NCBI GenBank assembly: GCA_016788905.1
Contig: JAEURZ010000008.1
Coordinates: 25,494-89,493, forward strand
Direction of reading: 5' to 3'
Source: Elusimicrobiota bacterium
GTDB lineage: Bacteria; Elusimicrobiota; Elusimicrobia; FEN-1173
Length of the DNA: 64,000 nucleotides
The translations under genes were made by a program, and so were the position numbers. This document shows positions 18,608 to 26,760 of the stretch, piece after piece (the stretch's first letter is position 1; each line of letters starts with the position of its first letter). The notes beneath the pieces are model-generated. The model was given only the letters and a program-made list of their open reading frames with translations. It made no database searches and was not told the origin of the DNA.

Positions 18608-18694
18608 TGGAGCCTCCTTTTAAAAAATAATGTTACAAGAAATTTACAACTTCTTAAGATAGGCTTTCGTCGCGATCATTATACTAAAGACACG

Positions 18695-21600
18695 ATGCTT
18701 CGCTTTCGACGTGTGGTTGGGATGGCGGTCGCCGCAACCCTCCTCCTCACGAATGTTGTGGCGACCTACGCCGTCGAAAAAAGCCTCTGGGAGGAACGGC
18801 GCGCCGCGGTCACACGGTCCCCGCGTTTTGCGCGACTTCTTCCGACCACTCCCGGCCTGTTGTCCCGGGAGAATAAATTTTTCGGCGGGGGATCAACAAC
18901 CTCCCAGCCCCCGTCGAATTTTAAGGACCTCGCCCTTTCGTTTGACGTGGCGTCAGCGGTGTTGCCCTTCGGGGCAATAGGGGCGGTTCATGTGGGGCGC
19001 CGGGGGGCGCCGGTGGTGTTCCTCCTGCAAGATGTCCATGGCAATGAGGGTGCCCAAAGAAACATTGGCGGTCTCCTCAATGCGTTGGCTGCCCGTGGCG
19101 TTGCCTTCGTTGGTCTTGAGGGTGCCTGGGGACCGATCGACTTAGAGGCCTATTCCCGACACCCTTCTCCTCCCTCTGTTTCTCTTGTGGCCGAGGCCCT
19201 TCGTGTTTCGGGATACCTGAGCGGCGCGGAATGGGCCGGGTTAACCGCTTCGAATCCTCTCACGTTGGTGGGAGTGGAAACTCCCACCCTGTATCAGGCG
19301 AACGTGGCTGCCGCGAAAGAATGCGTTTCTCGCCGCCCGGCCGTTGATGAGTTTCTTCGCGCGCTTACCTCTAATCTCGAAATTAAAAAAACCGAACTCT
19401 ATTCCGAACCACTAAAATCTTTTGATTCTCATAGGGGAGCCTATTGGGATGGACGTGAAAGTTTGGGGAATTTTGCCCGACACCTTGCCGGTTTTCCAGG
19501 TGTCAATAAGAAACCCGTTCCTCAAGTGAGACGTTTCCTTAAGGCCATCGAATGGGAGAATCGTTTGGATTTTGAAAAAATCGAAACGGACCGGGGGAAT
19601 CTTATGGCTCGGTTGTCCCGGGAACTCCATTCAAAGGAGCTGGACCTTCTCCTCTCTCGTGCCGTGGAATACCGTGCGGGGAAAACAATTAACGGTGATT
19701 TTTTCGAGACTTTACGAACCCTCTGTGCGAGAAAAGATATCGCTTTGGCATCCTACCCGATTTTTTCCGATTATATTTCGTTTGTGGGATTTGTTCAGGG
19801 GATCCACCGTGCAGAACTTTTGGATGAACTGATGGCCTGGGAAGTGGACGTGGGGTCCCATCTCGCTCAGTCGGATGAAGAGAAGACCCTCCTTGAAATT
19901 GATCGAGACGTTTCCCTTCTTCGTCAATTGTTGGAAAACGAAATGTCCCCGGAATCTTGGGCGATGTATGGAAAAAGGAAGTCCTCCATTGTTTCTCTCC
20001 CGGCACGACTGGTGTTGTATTTTGATTTTCAAGAACCCGCAGGTGGGTTGGCCTCTTTCATTCGGCCCCATGAGGATTTTTGCCGGCTGGCCATGGAAAG
20101 GGATGGTGCCTTGGTCAAAAACTTTGTGTCCCACGTGCCATTTGAAAAGGGGAACCCATCCGTTCTGGTGACAGGGGGGTTTCACACCCCGGGAATCCAA
20201 TCCGAACTCCATAAGAAAGGGTTTTCAACCGTTACTGTAACCCCCCGCCTTGAGAAGGTCGAAGGCAAACCCCTGGACGTCTTCGCTCGGGATCCCCTCC
20301 CCTTTGATCAGCTCTTTGCGGGGAAACCCATAAGTCTTCCTTCGGAACTCCTGCTCAACGATGCGGACCAGAGCAAAAGGCTGGTGGGTGGGCCGTCGAG
20401 CGCGGTCGCCATGGTGGGACTGCTTCCTGGGGAATGGGAGGGGGACCTCAATGCTTGGTTGGAGGATCAAGGGTTCGAGGTGGATTCAATGTCTCGCGAT
20501 GGGGATGGGCTGGTTCGACTTGAAGTCGTTTTTCAAGGGACTTCGATCGGGTTTCTTGTCGGACGCAGGGGTTTGATCGATGCGACGGATAAAGGGAAGG
20601 CGTTCGACAAAAAACAAATTTTATCTTTACCGAACGGGGATTCTGTCCTTGTCTACGTAAACGCCCCTCCAGAAAACGTCGCCTCCTTTGTCTCGGTCCT
20701 ATGGGCCCCATGGGAACTTCGTGTTCGAAGTACCTTCCTCCTCGTCCGTCAAACTTTTTTGAATGGGGGATCAATTTTTGCCCCGTCCGGCCTTGGCTCA
20801 TTAACGGAAATGAATCATGGGATGAGACGTTTGCTTTCCATCCTCATTCCTATTCATTGGCTCAGGGGAATGAACATGATCCCTGACGGTTATTCTTGGG
20901 ATTCTCCGAGGTCCGATGGGGGAGAAATTCCTCTCCTCCTAGGAATTGCGGATTTAGTGCGGGGTATTGCCAAATCCGAGGATCATTCGGTCCATCGACC
21001 TGGCCTTTCGAAAGAGAGCGCTCGGGTCCAGGTTTCTCCCCTTGGGCTTACGGTTCAGCTCACCCTCTTCGATCCTTCTGGACAGGAAGTGGGGCGTGCC
21101 ATCGTGGATGGGAAGAGGGGGGAGGTTGTTCTTCACCAGGTGGTCATTAAACCTGGAAAAAACACGTTTTCCGAAGACCTCTTGAGGGGAGTGGCCAAAG
21201 AATTCCTGGTGATGAAAGGGCAGGGGATTCTTTTTCTCGGTGGGGTGACCGACCCGCGTGTGAAACAAGCCGCTCAGCGCCTGTTTGATCAAAACACCCT
21301 ATCCGTGGCTCCTAAAATGTTTGGCCGAAATACTTCCCATGTCCAGTGGCCCGATGCGGTGGACGTTGCCTCCCCGGAATTTTCATCCTTAATGGTTGGG
21401 TCTGATCCCACCGATATAAGAGGATCTTTTTCGCTCTCTGCGAGAAAGGAGTTTTGGCCCATTGAAGATCTTCCAGCGGTCGAAAGCAAAGAGGGGCGGG
21501 GCCGGGACCCAAAAGTCGAATTCTTTCCCACGCGGGATAGGATGCGAATCAGAGAATACGCGCATTTGGGTGTACGCGATAACGATCTCCGGGATCTCCA

Positions 21601-24397
21601 CGATGTCCACATAAACGGGAATCAAGTCGGAACGGTGATCTTTTCAAAAACGCCGAAGGGCGTTTCGCTGAGGGATATTTTAGTCTTCCCGAATTGGAGA
21701 GGGCAAGGGGTTGGCAAAGCCATATACGCGGCGCTGGCGAAGCAAGCCTCTTTGAGTCTGCATCCATTCCGAAATGAAATGGGGGATCCCATTTCATTTG
21801 AGGGAAGGAACCTGGCTAACCCAGGTTCTTACGCTATTCGATCGGGTTTGTTTGTGAGCGGGACAATGGAAATTGTTCCCGTTGGGACAAGATCTTCTGA
21901 TGAAAATTTTGAGCCTATTGAAGGCTGGGAGAACCCCGTTAAGGAGGGGACCCGAGAATTTGACCATTTGGTGGGGGAGGAAAACATCGATGTCAAAGGT
22001 TTGAATAGGGGGAAATACTCCATCCATTTTAACATGCGTGGGGTAACTCTCCCGGAAATAGTGGGTGCCGCGGAACGGGACCTGCTGTTGGAGCAACGGA
22101 TACGATTTGCAGAGCAGAAAACAGTGGAGCGCCTATTCAACCGTCTGGAAGAGAATTCATTTACCATTGTCAATGATGAAATCGGGAAAACGCTCCTCAT
22201 GCTGGGCGACGGTGGGGTGGAGCTGGCCCGCGCTCGGTTCTTTGGCAAACGGGGTGAAATGACAATAGCCCATACGGAAATCCATTCCGGAGGGAAAGTC
22301 ACGGCACTTAGGCTACTAATGGAAATCGGCCGTATTGGACTTTTCGAGGGAGGGGTTGGGCGACTGTTGATTCGGGACACGGGCGATAGGGGTGTGGTGG
22401 AAGCGGCCAAAACTCTTTTTGAACCAGAATCCCTTAGGGTGGCACCTCACCGATTTGATCGGTCGGTCACGAACTCGCGTTGGGGTGACCGAGTGGATCC
22501 TTTCAGTGAAGAAACCATCGATCGTGTATTAGGGACCCCGCATCAAACGGTTGATGTGAGCGGATCTCTTTCTATGAAAGTGTGCGAAATTCTCTGGCCC
22601 CCCATGGATTCGCTTCAAGAAAAAGAAGGGGTCCGTTTGGTCGATTCCCCGGTTGTGGAAATAGTTGAAGCGAGAAACCCACGGGACCCAGATGAGTTTT
22701 TGGTTTTTTCCGGGCGTGAAGTCGTTGGAAAGATGAGCGTCGAAGTTAACACGGATGTTGTCCTCCAAAAAAAAATCCAAATCAATCATTCGCCTGTTCA
22801 AAACCGAGGAAGGGGATATGGGTCTGCCGCTCTTCTCTCCTCTGCCAAGTTGGCCGCCCGGATCTTGTTCCCAAAAACAAATGACCACGGGGGGGCGGTT
22901 CCATTGGAATTCCGAAACGTTTTGAACCCGTGGGTTTTTGAACATGCGAAAAGGAACATTTTTATTCCCGGAACTTTGGAAATTCTTGAGGCAGGGACCG
23001 TTTGGCCTCTCTATGATCTTCCTCTCTCGCTGGGTTGGGGAAATGCTTTAAATGAACGGGATCCCCGGTTTGATGTTTTAACCACTCAAAACTTCAATGA
23101 TGATGGTGAATACAAAGTTCGTTTCCACCTCCGTGGGGAACTTCAACCAGAAATAGTTGAGTTGGCTCGAGGAGATTGGACAAGAACAAACAGTTTCTTG
23201 GGTCTGGGCATCGGGTTCACCTTCGAACCCATCCTTCTGTCGTTCCTGGGCATGGGTTACCTGATCGCAATGGTCTACAAGGACAAAATCCTGGATTGGC
23301 TCGCTAAAAACAACGTGCCCCCGTGGGTACGAAGAGGAGTGAACAGCTATGTTCCCGACCTCTCCCACGTTCGAATCAAGTTTTTTCGCATGATCTTTCA
23401 CCAGGGGCAGCGAAGACCTAACGCGATGGCACCGCGAATTGATCATGATCTCTCAACGGAAGAACGTCATGCTTTGTGGGAGTCTTTAATGTCTCTTTCT
23501 CCTCACCCCTTTGAAGGGATGCCGCCATTGATGGAAATAAACCTGGGGACGTTGGGTGGAATGGAAGTGCCCTCTTCATGGGCCCCTGATTCCTTCGCAA
23601 GTGATGAATCTTTGGCTCTCATGGTGCGGGCGGCCTCGGGATCCAAAGCGGAGGTTCATCAACGGATCGCTTACAATGCAACCTTTTTCAACGAAGAACG
23701 TGGGGAAGAGACCGCTGCCCAAGCCGGAGCCCACGCGGCGCTTTACGACGAGGTGAAATTTCCCTGGGCCACCCCTATGGATTGGAAGTTCACCCAGCGT
23801 CTTGTCACGATGCTATTCCAAAACGGAGGGAATAGGCGTTCGCGGTTGGCCGCTTTCCAGTTGGCCTACAATTCGGTTCGGGCGGCTGTTTGGCGTGGGC
23901 GATTGATCGGAGGAACTCTCGCATCAAGGAACGGGTTGGTTCTAAACCTATCACCGCTTTTTGACCCGGACAGTGGGAAAGTCGTTTCCGAGGTGGCGGC
24001 AACTCTTCTCAACCTGGGAATGGCGCTTCACTTAGAGAGCCCTTCCGGGGAATTTCCTATCGAGCTGTTGGTGGATTTTCCGCTTGAAAAGGATCGGGTC
24101 GAGGCGCGCATCAAAGATTTCATCCCAGACTATGCCAAGTTCGAAAAGTCGGGCCGACTTCGTGTCCGGGTGAGGGGAGTAGACAAGGACGTATTCAAGG
24201 ACGGCCGTATCTCTTTAATGGGCCTCCATGAAGGATTTTCCCTAACAGCGGTGGGCATCAGCGAGGATCATCTCCTCACGGATGAAATCCAACCGTTGAA
24301 AGCACGCGGAATAACGTTTGTTCCCTGGCACTCTATCCTTTCAAAAAAAGTTGAGGATGCTTTAAAAAAGATGGTCTTTATAAGAATTTCAGCTTAA
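18695..24397 (+). CDS. giant (1,900-aa) membrane-anchored protein of unknown function with duplicated double-GNAT-like modules
   Basis: A single uninterrupted ORF. ATG 18695 gives an N-terminal signal/anchor (VVGMAVAATLLLTNVVATYA). There are two GNAT motif-A matches (RGQGVG at 21698-21715, QNRGRG at 22799-22816) and an internal TM segment around 23196-23280. The 33 extra codons in the ORF track would overlap the divergent gene's start. Confidence 0.75.
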   Translation: MLRFRRVVGMAVAATLLLTNVVATYAVEKSLWEERRAAVTRSPRFARLLPTTPGLLSRENKFFGGGSTTSQPPSNFKDLALSFDVASAVLPFGAIGAVHVGRRGAPVVFLLQDVHGNEGAQRNIGGLLNALAARGVAFVGLEGAWGPIDLEAYSRHPSPPSVSLVAEALRVSGYLSGAEWAGLTASNPLTLVGVETPTLYQANVAAAKECVSRRPAVDEFLRALTSNLEIKKTELYSEPLKSFDSHRGAYWDGRESLGNFARHLAGFPGVNKKPVPQVRRFLKAIEWENRLDFEKIETDRGNLMARLSRELHSKELDLLLSRAVEYRAGKTINGDFFETLRTLCARKDIALASYPIFSDYISFVGFVQGIHRAELLDELMAWEVDVGSHLAQSDEEKTLLEIDRDVSLLRQLLENEMSPESWAMYGKRKSSIVSLPARLVLYFDFQEPAGGLASFIRPHEDFCRLAMERDGALVKNFVSHVPFEKGNPSVLVTGGFHTPGIQSELHKKGFSTVTVTPRLEKVEGKPLDVFARDPLPFDQLFAGKPISLPSELLLNDADQSKRLVGGPSSAVAMVGLLPGEWEGDLNAWLEDQGFEVDSMSRDGDGLVRLEVVFQGTSIGFLVGRRGLIDATDKGKAFDKKQILSLPNGDSVLVYVNAPPENVASFVSVLWAPWELRVRSTFLLVRQTFLNGGSIFAPSGLGSLTEMNHGMRRLLSILIPIHWLRGMNMIPDGYSWDSPRSDGGEIPLLLGIADLVRGIAKSEDHSVHRPGLSKESARVQVSPLGLTVQLTLFDPSGQEVGRAIVDGKRGEVVLHQVVIKPGKNTFSEDLLRGVAKEFLVMKGQGILFLGGVTDPRVKQAAQRLFDQNTLSVAPKMFGRNTSHVQWPDAVDVASPEFSSLMVGSDPTDIRGSFSLSARKEFWPIEDLPAVESKEGRGRDPKVEFFPTRDRMRIREYAHLGVRDNDLRDLHDVHINGNQVGTVIFSKTPKGVSLRDILVFPNWRGQGVGKAIYAALAKQASLSLHPFRNEMGDPISFEGRNLANPGSYAIRSGLFVSGTMEIVPVGTRSSDENFEPIEGWENPVKEGTREFDHLVGEENIDVKGLNRGKYSIHFNMRGVTLPEIVGAAERDLLLEQRIRFAEQKTVERLFNRLEENSFTIVNDEIGKTLLMLGDGGVELARARFFGKRGEMTIAHTEIHSGGKVTALRLLMEIGRIGLFEGGVGRLLIRDTGDRGVVEAAKTLFEPESLRVAPHRFDRSVTNSRWGDRVDPFSEETIDRVLGTPHQTVDVSGSLSMKVCEILWPPMDSLQEKEGVRLVDSPVVEIVEARNPRDPDEFLVFSGREVVGKMSVEVNTDVVLQKKIQINHSPVQNRGRGYGSAALLSSAKLAARILFPKTNDHGGAVPLEFRNVLNPWVFEHAKRNIFIPGTLEILEAGTVWPLYDLPLSLGWGNALNERDPRFDVLTTQNFNDDGEYKVRFHLRGELQPEIVELARGDWTRTNSFLGLGIGFTFEPILLSFLGMGYLIAMVYKDKILDWLAKNNVPPWVRRGVNSYVPDLSHVRIKFFRMIFHQGQRRPNAMAPRIDHDLSTEERHALWESLMSLSPHPFEGMPPLMEINLGTLGGMEVPSSWAPDSFASDESLALMVRAASGSKAEVHQRIAYNATFFNEERGEETAAQAGAHAALYDEVKFPWATPMDWKFTQRLVTMLFQNGGNRRSRLAAFQLAYNSVRAAVWRGRLIGGTLASRNGLVLNLSPLFDPDSGKVVSEVAATLLNLGMALHLESPSGEFPIELLVDFPLEKDRVEARIKDFIPDYAKFEKSGRLRVRVRGVDKDVFKDGRISLMGLHEGFSLTAVGISEDHLLTDEIQPLKARGITFVPWHSILSKKVEDALKKMVFIRISA
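21040..22066 (+). repeat. protein-level repeat module A of the giant ORF (approximate borders)
   Basis: Aligns by eye with module B: GKRGEVVLHQ/GKRGEMTIAH, LSVAPKMFGRNTSHVQW/LRVAPHRFDRSVTNSRW, and HFNMRGVTLPEIV/RFHLRGELQPEIV. Confidence 0.6.
22150..23161 (+). repeat. protein-level repeat module B of the giant ORF (approximate borders)
   Basis: See module A. The anchors are offset by 1134 nt at GKRGE and 1095 nt at PEIV. Confidence 0.6.
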
Positions 24398-24435
24398 CCC
24401 CAATGCGGTTTAGATAAGCCTTTTTTCCGTCGATC
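24398..24435 (+). repeat. IS left terminal inverted repeat
   Basis: CCCCAATGCGGTTTAGATAAGCCTTTTTTCCGTCGATC. Confidence 0.9.
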
Positions 24436-24495
24436 ATTTGTAGAATAATTCCGTAGTTAAACGGCCGACACTAAGCGGTTTCTACGGAGAGCTCT

Positions 24496-25830
24496 TTGAA
24501 ACTAACATCCTCGCTGATCTCGTTGTCTGATGGGACGTTGCCAGCCTCATTTAAGGGATTGAAATCCTTGGTGGCTGTGGAGTGGGTGCGTGAGGCGCTG
24601 AGGCGTGGCGGGACGGCGAAGGTCCGCACCCGGAAGATGACGGTAGAAGATGTCGTGTGGCTGCTGATCGGGATGTCGTTGTATCGAAATCGGCCGATGG
24701 TGGATGTGGCGCACCACTTGGATCTGGTGATGCCGGACAAGAAGGGTCGGCCCGGGACATTGAGCAAAGGGGCGATTCCCCAATCCCGCGAAAGTCTGGG
24801 CGTGGACCCTGTCCGAGCGCTGTTTATGATCACCGCGAAGCACTGGGCGCAGGAGTCCGGGGAGCGTTATCGGTGGCGGGGATTGATGGTGCTGGGGGCG
24901 GATGGGTCGACACTGCGAATTCCAGACAGCGTGGAAAATCGATCCAAATTCGGATTGCCGCCGGGGAGTCGGAGCACGGCGGGGTATCCGCAGGTGCGGG
25001 TGGCGGTGTTAATGGTATTGAGGAGCCATCAGTGGCTGGCGTTCGATTTTGCGGATTTTGGGACCGGAGAAGGGACGGTAGTGTGGCCGCTAATTCAGCG
25101 TGTGCCAGAGCGTTCTTTGACAGTCATGGATCGGTATTCCATTGAACACGCGCAGTTGTGGGGGCTGACACAACGGGGAGAAGATCGGCATTGGTTGTTG
25201 CGCGCCCGAAAGAATTTACGCAGGACGGTGGTCAAACGGTTGGGGAAGGGAGACGATTTGGTGGAGATGCCGATCGACCGTAGCCGTCGGAGAAAAGACC
25301 CATCCCTTCCGGAATCGTTCTTGGCGCGGGCGGTGCGGTATGAGCGTAAGGGGTATCGGCCGCAGACTCTCCTAACGTCTCTGTTGGACAATAAAGCGTA
25401 TCCGGCTCAAGAGATCGTTAAGCTGTATCATGAGCGGTGGGAATTGGAGCTGGGGTATGACGAGCTGAAGACGGATGTGTTGGAGCGGGAAGAGGCGATT
25501 CGCTCTCAAACACCGGACGGAGTTCGCCAAGAGTTGTGGGGGATGGCGATCGCCTACAACTTAGTTCGACGGGAAATGGACATGGCGGAACGAGAATTGG
25601 GATTGCCGCCGCGACGAATCAGTTTTGTGTTCTGTCTAAGGCTGATCCGGGACTTTTTTTACTGGTCGGCGATAACGCAAACGCCAGGAGCTTTGCCAAA
25701 GCGCCTGGAACAGATGCGCGTGGATCTCAGGCGATTGGTCTTACCGCCACGACGCGGGGATCGGCATTCCCCGCGTCACGTCAAAATCAAGATGAGCGGT
25801 TACTCGCGGAATCAAGGGCATCCGCGATGA
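24496..25830 (+). CDS. IS4 family DDE transposase
   Basis: The Y-(2)-R-(3)-E-(6)-K signature is present as YHERWELELGYDELK. Candidate DDE Asp residues lie in LGADGS and VMDRY, and the N-terminus is IS4-like. TTG is the first start-like codon after the in-frame TAA at 24472. The stop lies inside the right repeat. Confidence 0.9.
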   Translation: MKLTSSLISLSDGTLPASFKGLKSLVAVEWVREALRRGGTAKVRTRKMTVEDVVWLLIGMSLYRNRPMVDVAHHLDLVMPDKKGRPGTLSKGAIPQSRESLGVDPVRALFMITAKHWAQESGERYRWRGLMVLGADGSTLRIPDSVENRSKFGLPPGSRSTAGYPQVRVAVLMVLRSHQWLAFDFADFGTGEGTVVWPLIQRVPERSLTVMDRYSIEHAQLWGLTQRGEDRHWLLRARKNLRRTVVKRLGKGDDLVEMPIDRSRRRKDPSLPESFLARAVRYERKGYRPQTLLTSLLDNKAYPAQEIVKLYHERWELELGYDELKTDVLEREEAIRSQTPDGVRQELWGMAIAYNLVRREMDMAERELGLPPRRISFVFCLRLIRDFFYWSAITQTPGALPKRLEQMRVDLRRLVLPPRRGDRHSPRHVKIKMSGYSRNQGHPR

Positions 25831-25866
25831 TCGACAGAAAAAAGGCTTATCTAAACCGCATTGGGG
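25829..25866 (-). repeat. IS right terminal inverted repeat
   Basis: Its reverse complement reads CCCCAATGCGGTTTAGATAAGCCTTTTTTCTGTCGATC, one mismatch from the left repeat. Confidence 0.9.
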
Positions 25867-25896
25867 TTAAGGTGATTTTTCTTTTCCCTTCTTTTC

Positions 25897-25925
25897 TTGA
25901 CACGCTCTCCTGTCCTTGGTAAACT
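25897..25925 (+). promoter_or_regulatory. sigma70-like promoter of the sdh array (TTGACA-N17-TAAACT)
   Basis: -35 at 25897-25902 and -10 at 25920-25925. The IS right end is 30 nt upstream of the -35, and the sdhC ATG is 11 nt downstream of the -10. Confidence 0.55.
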
Positions 25926-25936
25926 CGCACTCTCCG

Positions 25937-26335
25937 ATGAAAAAGGTCTTAAACGAAGTTTATGATGTCGCGCGTTACCGCGGTGGGTCAGGTCATTGGT
26001 CTTACCTGCTTCACCGCGCCACAGGGGTGGGGGTCCTCCTCTTTTTAGCCATTCATATTGTGGACACCGCTTTGATTGGGTGGGGGCCAGAGCTCTTTGA
26101 CCGGGTTATGGCGCTTTATCGCCATCCTTTTTTCAGAATCAGTGAAATATTCCTTTTTGCTTCCGTTCTTTATCACTCTCTTAACGGAGTTCGGGTGACC
26201 TTGGTGGACCTCTGGCCGGGGGCCACGCGGCACCATCGAAAGTTGACTCGAGTGACCTGGGGGCTGTTTTTTGCATTGATGGTTCCCGTGACCGTGATCA
26301 TGATTTCCCATTGGATGGAGGCGGTTCGGCCATGA
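25937..26335 (+). CDS. sdhC: succinate dehydrogenase cytochrome b subunit
   Basis: Three-TM protein with conserved His residues, in first position of the sdhCDAB order. ATG 25937 is preferred over TTG 25916, which would lie inside the promoter. Confidence 0.8.
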   Translation: MKKVLNEVYDVARYRGGSGHWSYLLHRATGVGVLLFLAIHIVDTALIGWGPELFDRVMALYRHPFFRISEIFLFASVLYHSLNGVRVTLVDLWPGATRHHRKLTRVTWGLFFALMVPVTVIMISHWMEAVRP

Positions 26336-26760
26336 GTTCTCTCTCGGCGCAGGGGACACGTCCCGTTCCTTCGGGTGGGTTTGAGCGTTTCGCGTGGTTC
26401 TTTATGCGTATCAGTGGGGTGGTCCTTTTGTTTTTGGCTTTGGGGCACCTCACGATCATGCATCTCGTCAACAGCATTGATCATGTGAATTTTGCGTTTG
26501 TGGCAGCACGTTATGTCACTCCGTTCTGGCGAACCTATGACGGACTCCTACTGATTTTGGCGTTGCTCCACGGGTTCAATGGGCTCCGGGTTGTTTTTGA
26601 TGATTATCTCAAAGGGTTCAAGCGGCTCATCGCGGTGGCCCTCTCCGGAGTCCTTTGTTTGGCGCTTCTTCTTCTCGGTCTCTATATTGTTTTTACCTTT
26701 CAATCTCCTTCCTCCCCGGCGGATATTCCCCATGAAACGAATACACACACATCGCTTTGA
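26332..26760 (+). CDS. sdhD: succinate dehydrogenase hydrophobic membrane anchor subunit
   Basis: The ATG overlaps the sdhC stop (ATGA). Three-TM protein positioned between sdhC and sdhA. Confidence 0.75.
   Translation: MSSLSAQGTRPVPSGGFERFAWFFMRISGVVLLFLALGHLTIMHLVNSIDHVNFAFVAARYVTPFWRTYDGLLLILALLHGFNGLRVVFDDYLKGFKRLIAVALSGVLCLALLLLGLYIVFTFQSPSSPADIPHETNTHTSL

Larger units (their letters stand above)
24398..25866 (+). mobile_element. intact IS4-family insertion sequence (1,469 bp)
   Basis: 38-bp terminal inverted repeats identical at 37 of 38 positions, a single transposase ORF, and TTAA on both flanks (24394-24397 and 25867-25870). Confidence 0.9.

Noticed and set aside
18596-18694. 33-codon N-terminal extension of the giant ORF as given in the track.
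   Set aside because: It would overlap the TTG start and AGGAGG Shine-Dalgarno sequence of the divergent DUF1805 gene, and it precedes the signal/anchor sequence. ATG 18695, just after a TATACT box, is more plausible.
21829-22410. 193-aa minus-strand ORF inside the giant ORF.
   Set aside because: The product is a Ser/Pro/Arg-rich low-complexity antisense translation. The sense frame is open for 5.7 kb and contains repeated GNAT motifs.
24394-24397. TTAA target as a sign of a piggyBac-like element.
   Set aside because: The transposase carries the bacterial IS4 YREK signature and an IS4-like N-terminus. TTAA is palindromic, so it may simply extend the inverted repeats.
26579-26731. Upstream extensions of track ORFs into the preceding gene: sdhA here, and likewise 31333-31443, 31881-32060, 36726-37100, 43652-43897 and 53588-43743's counterpart 53588-53743.
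   Set aside because: In each case a start codon overlapping or abutting the upstream stop gives the canonical N-terminus. The extension is a read-through of the upstream gene in another frame.
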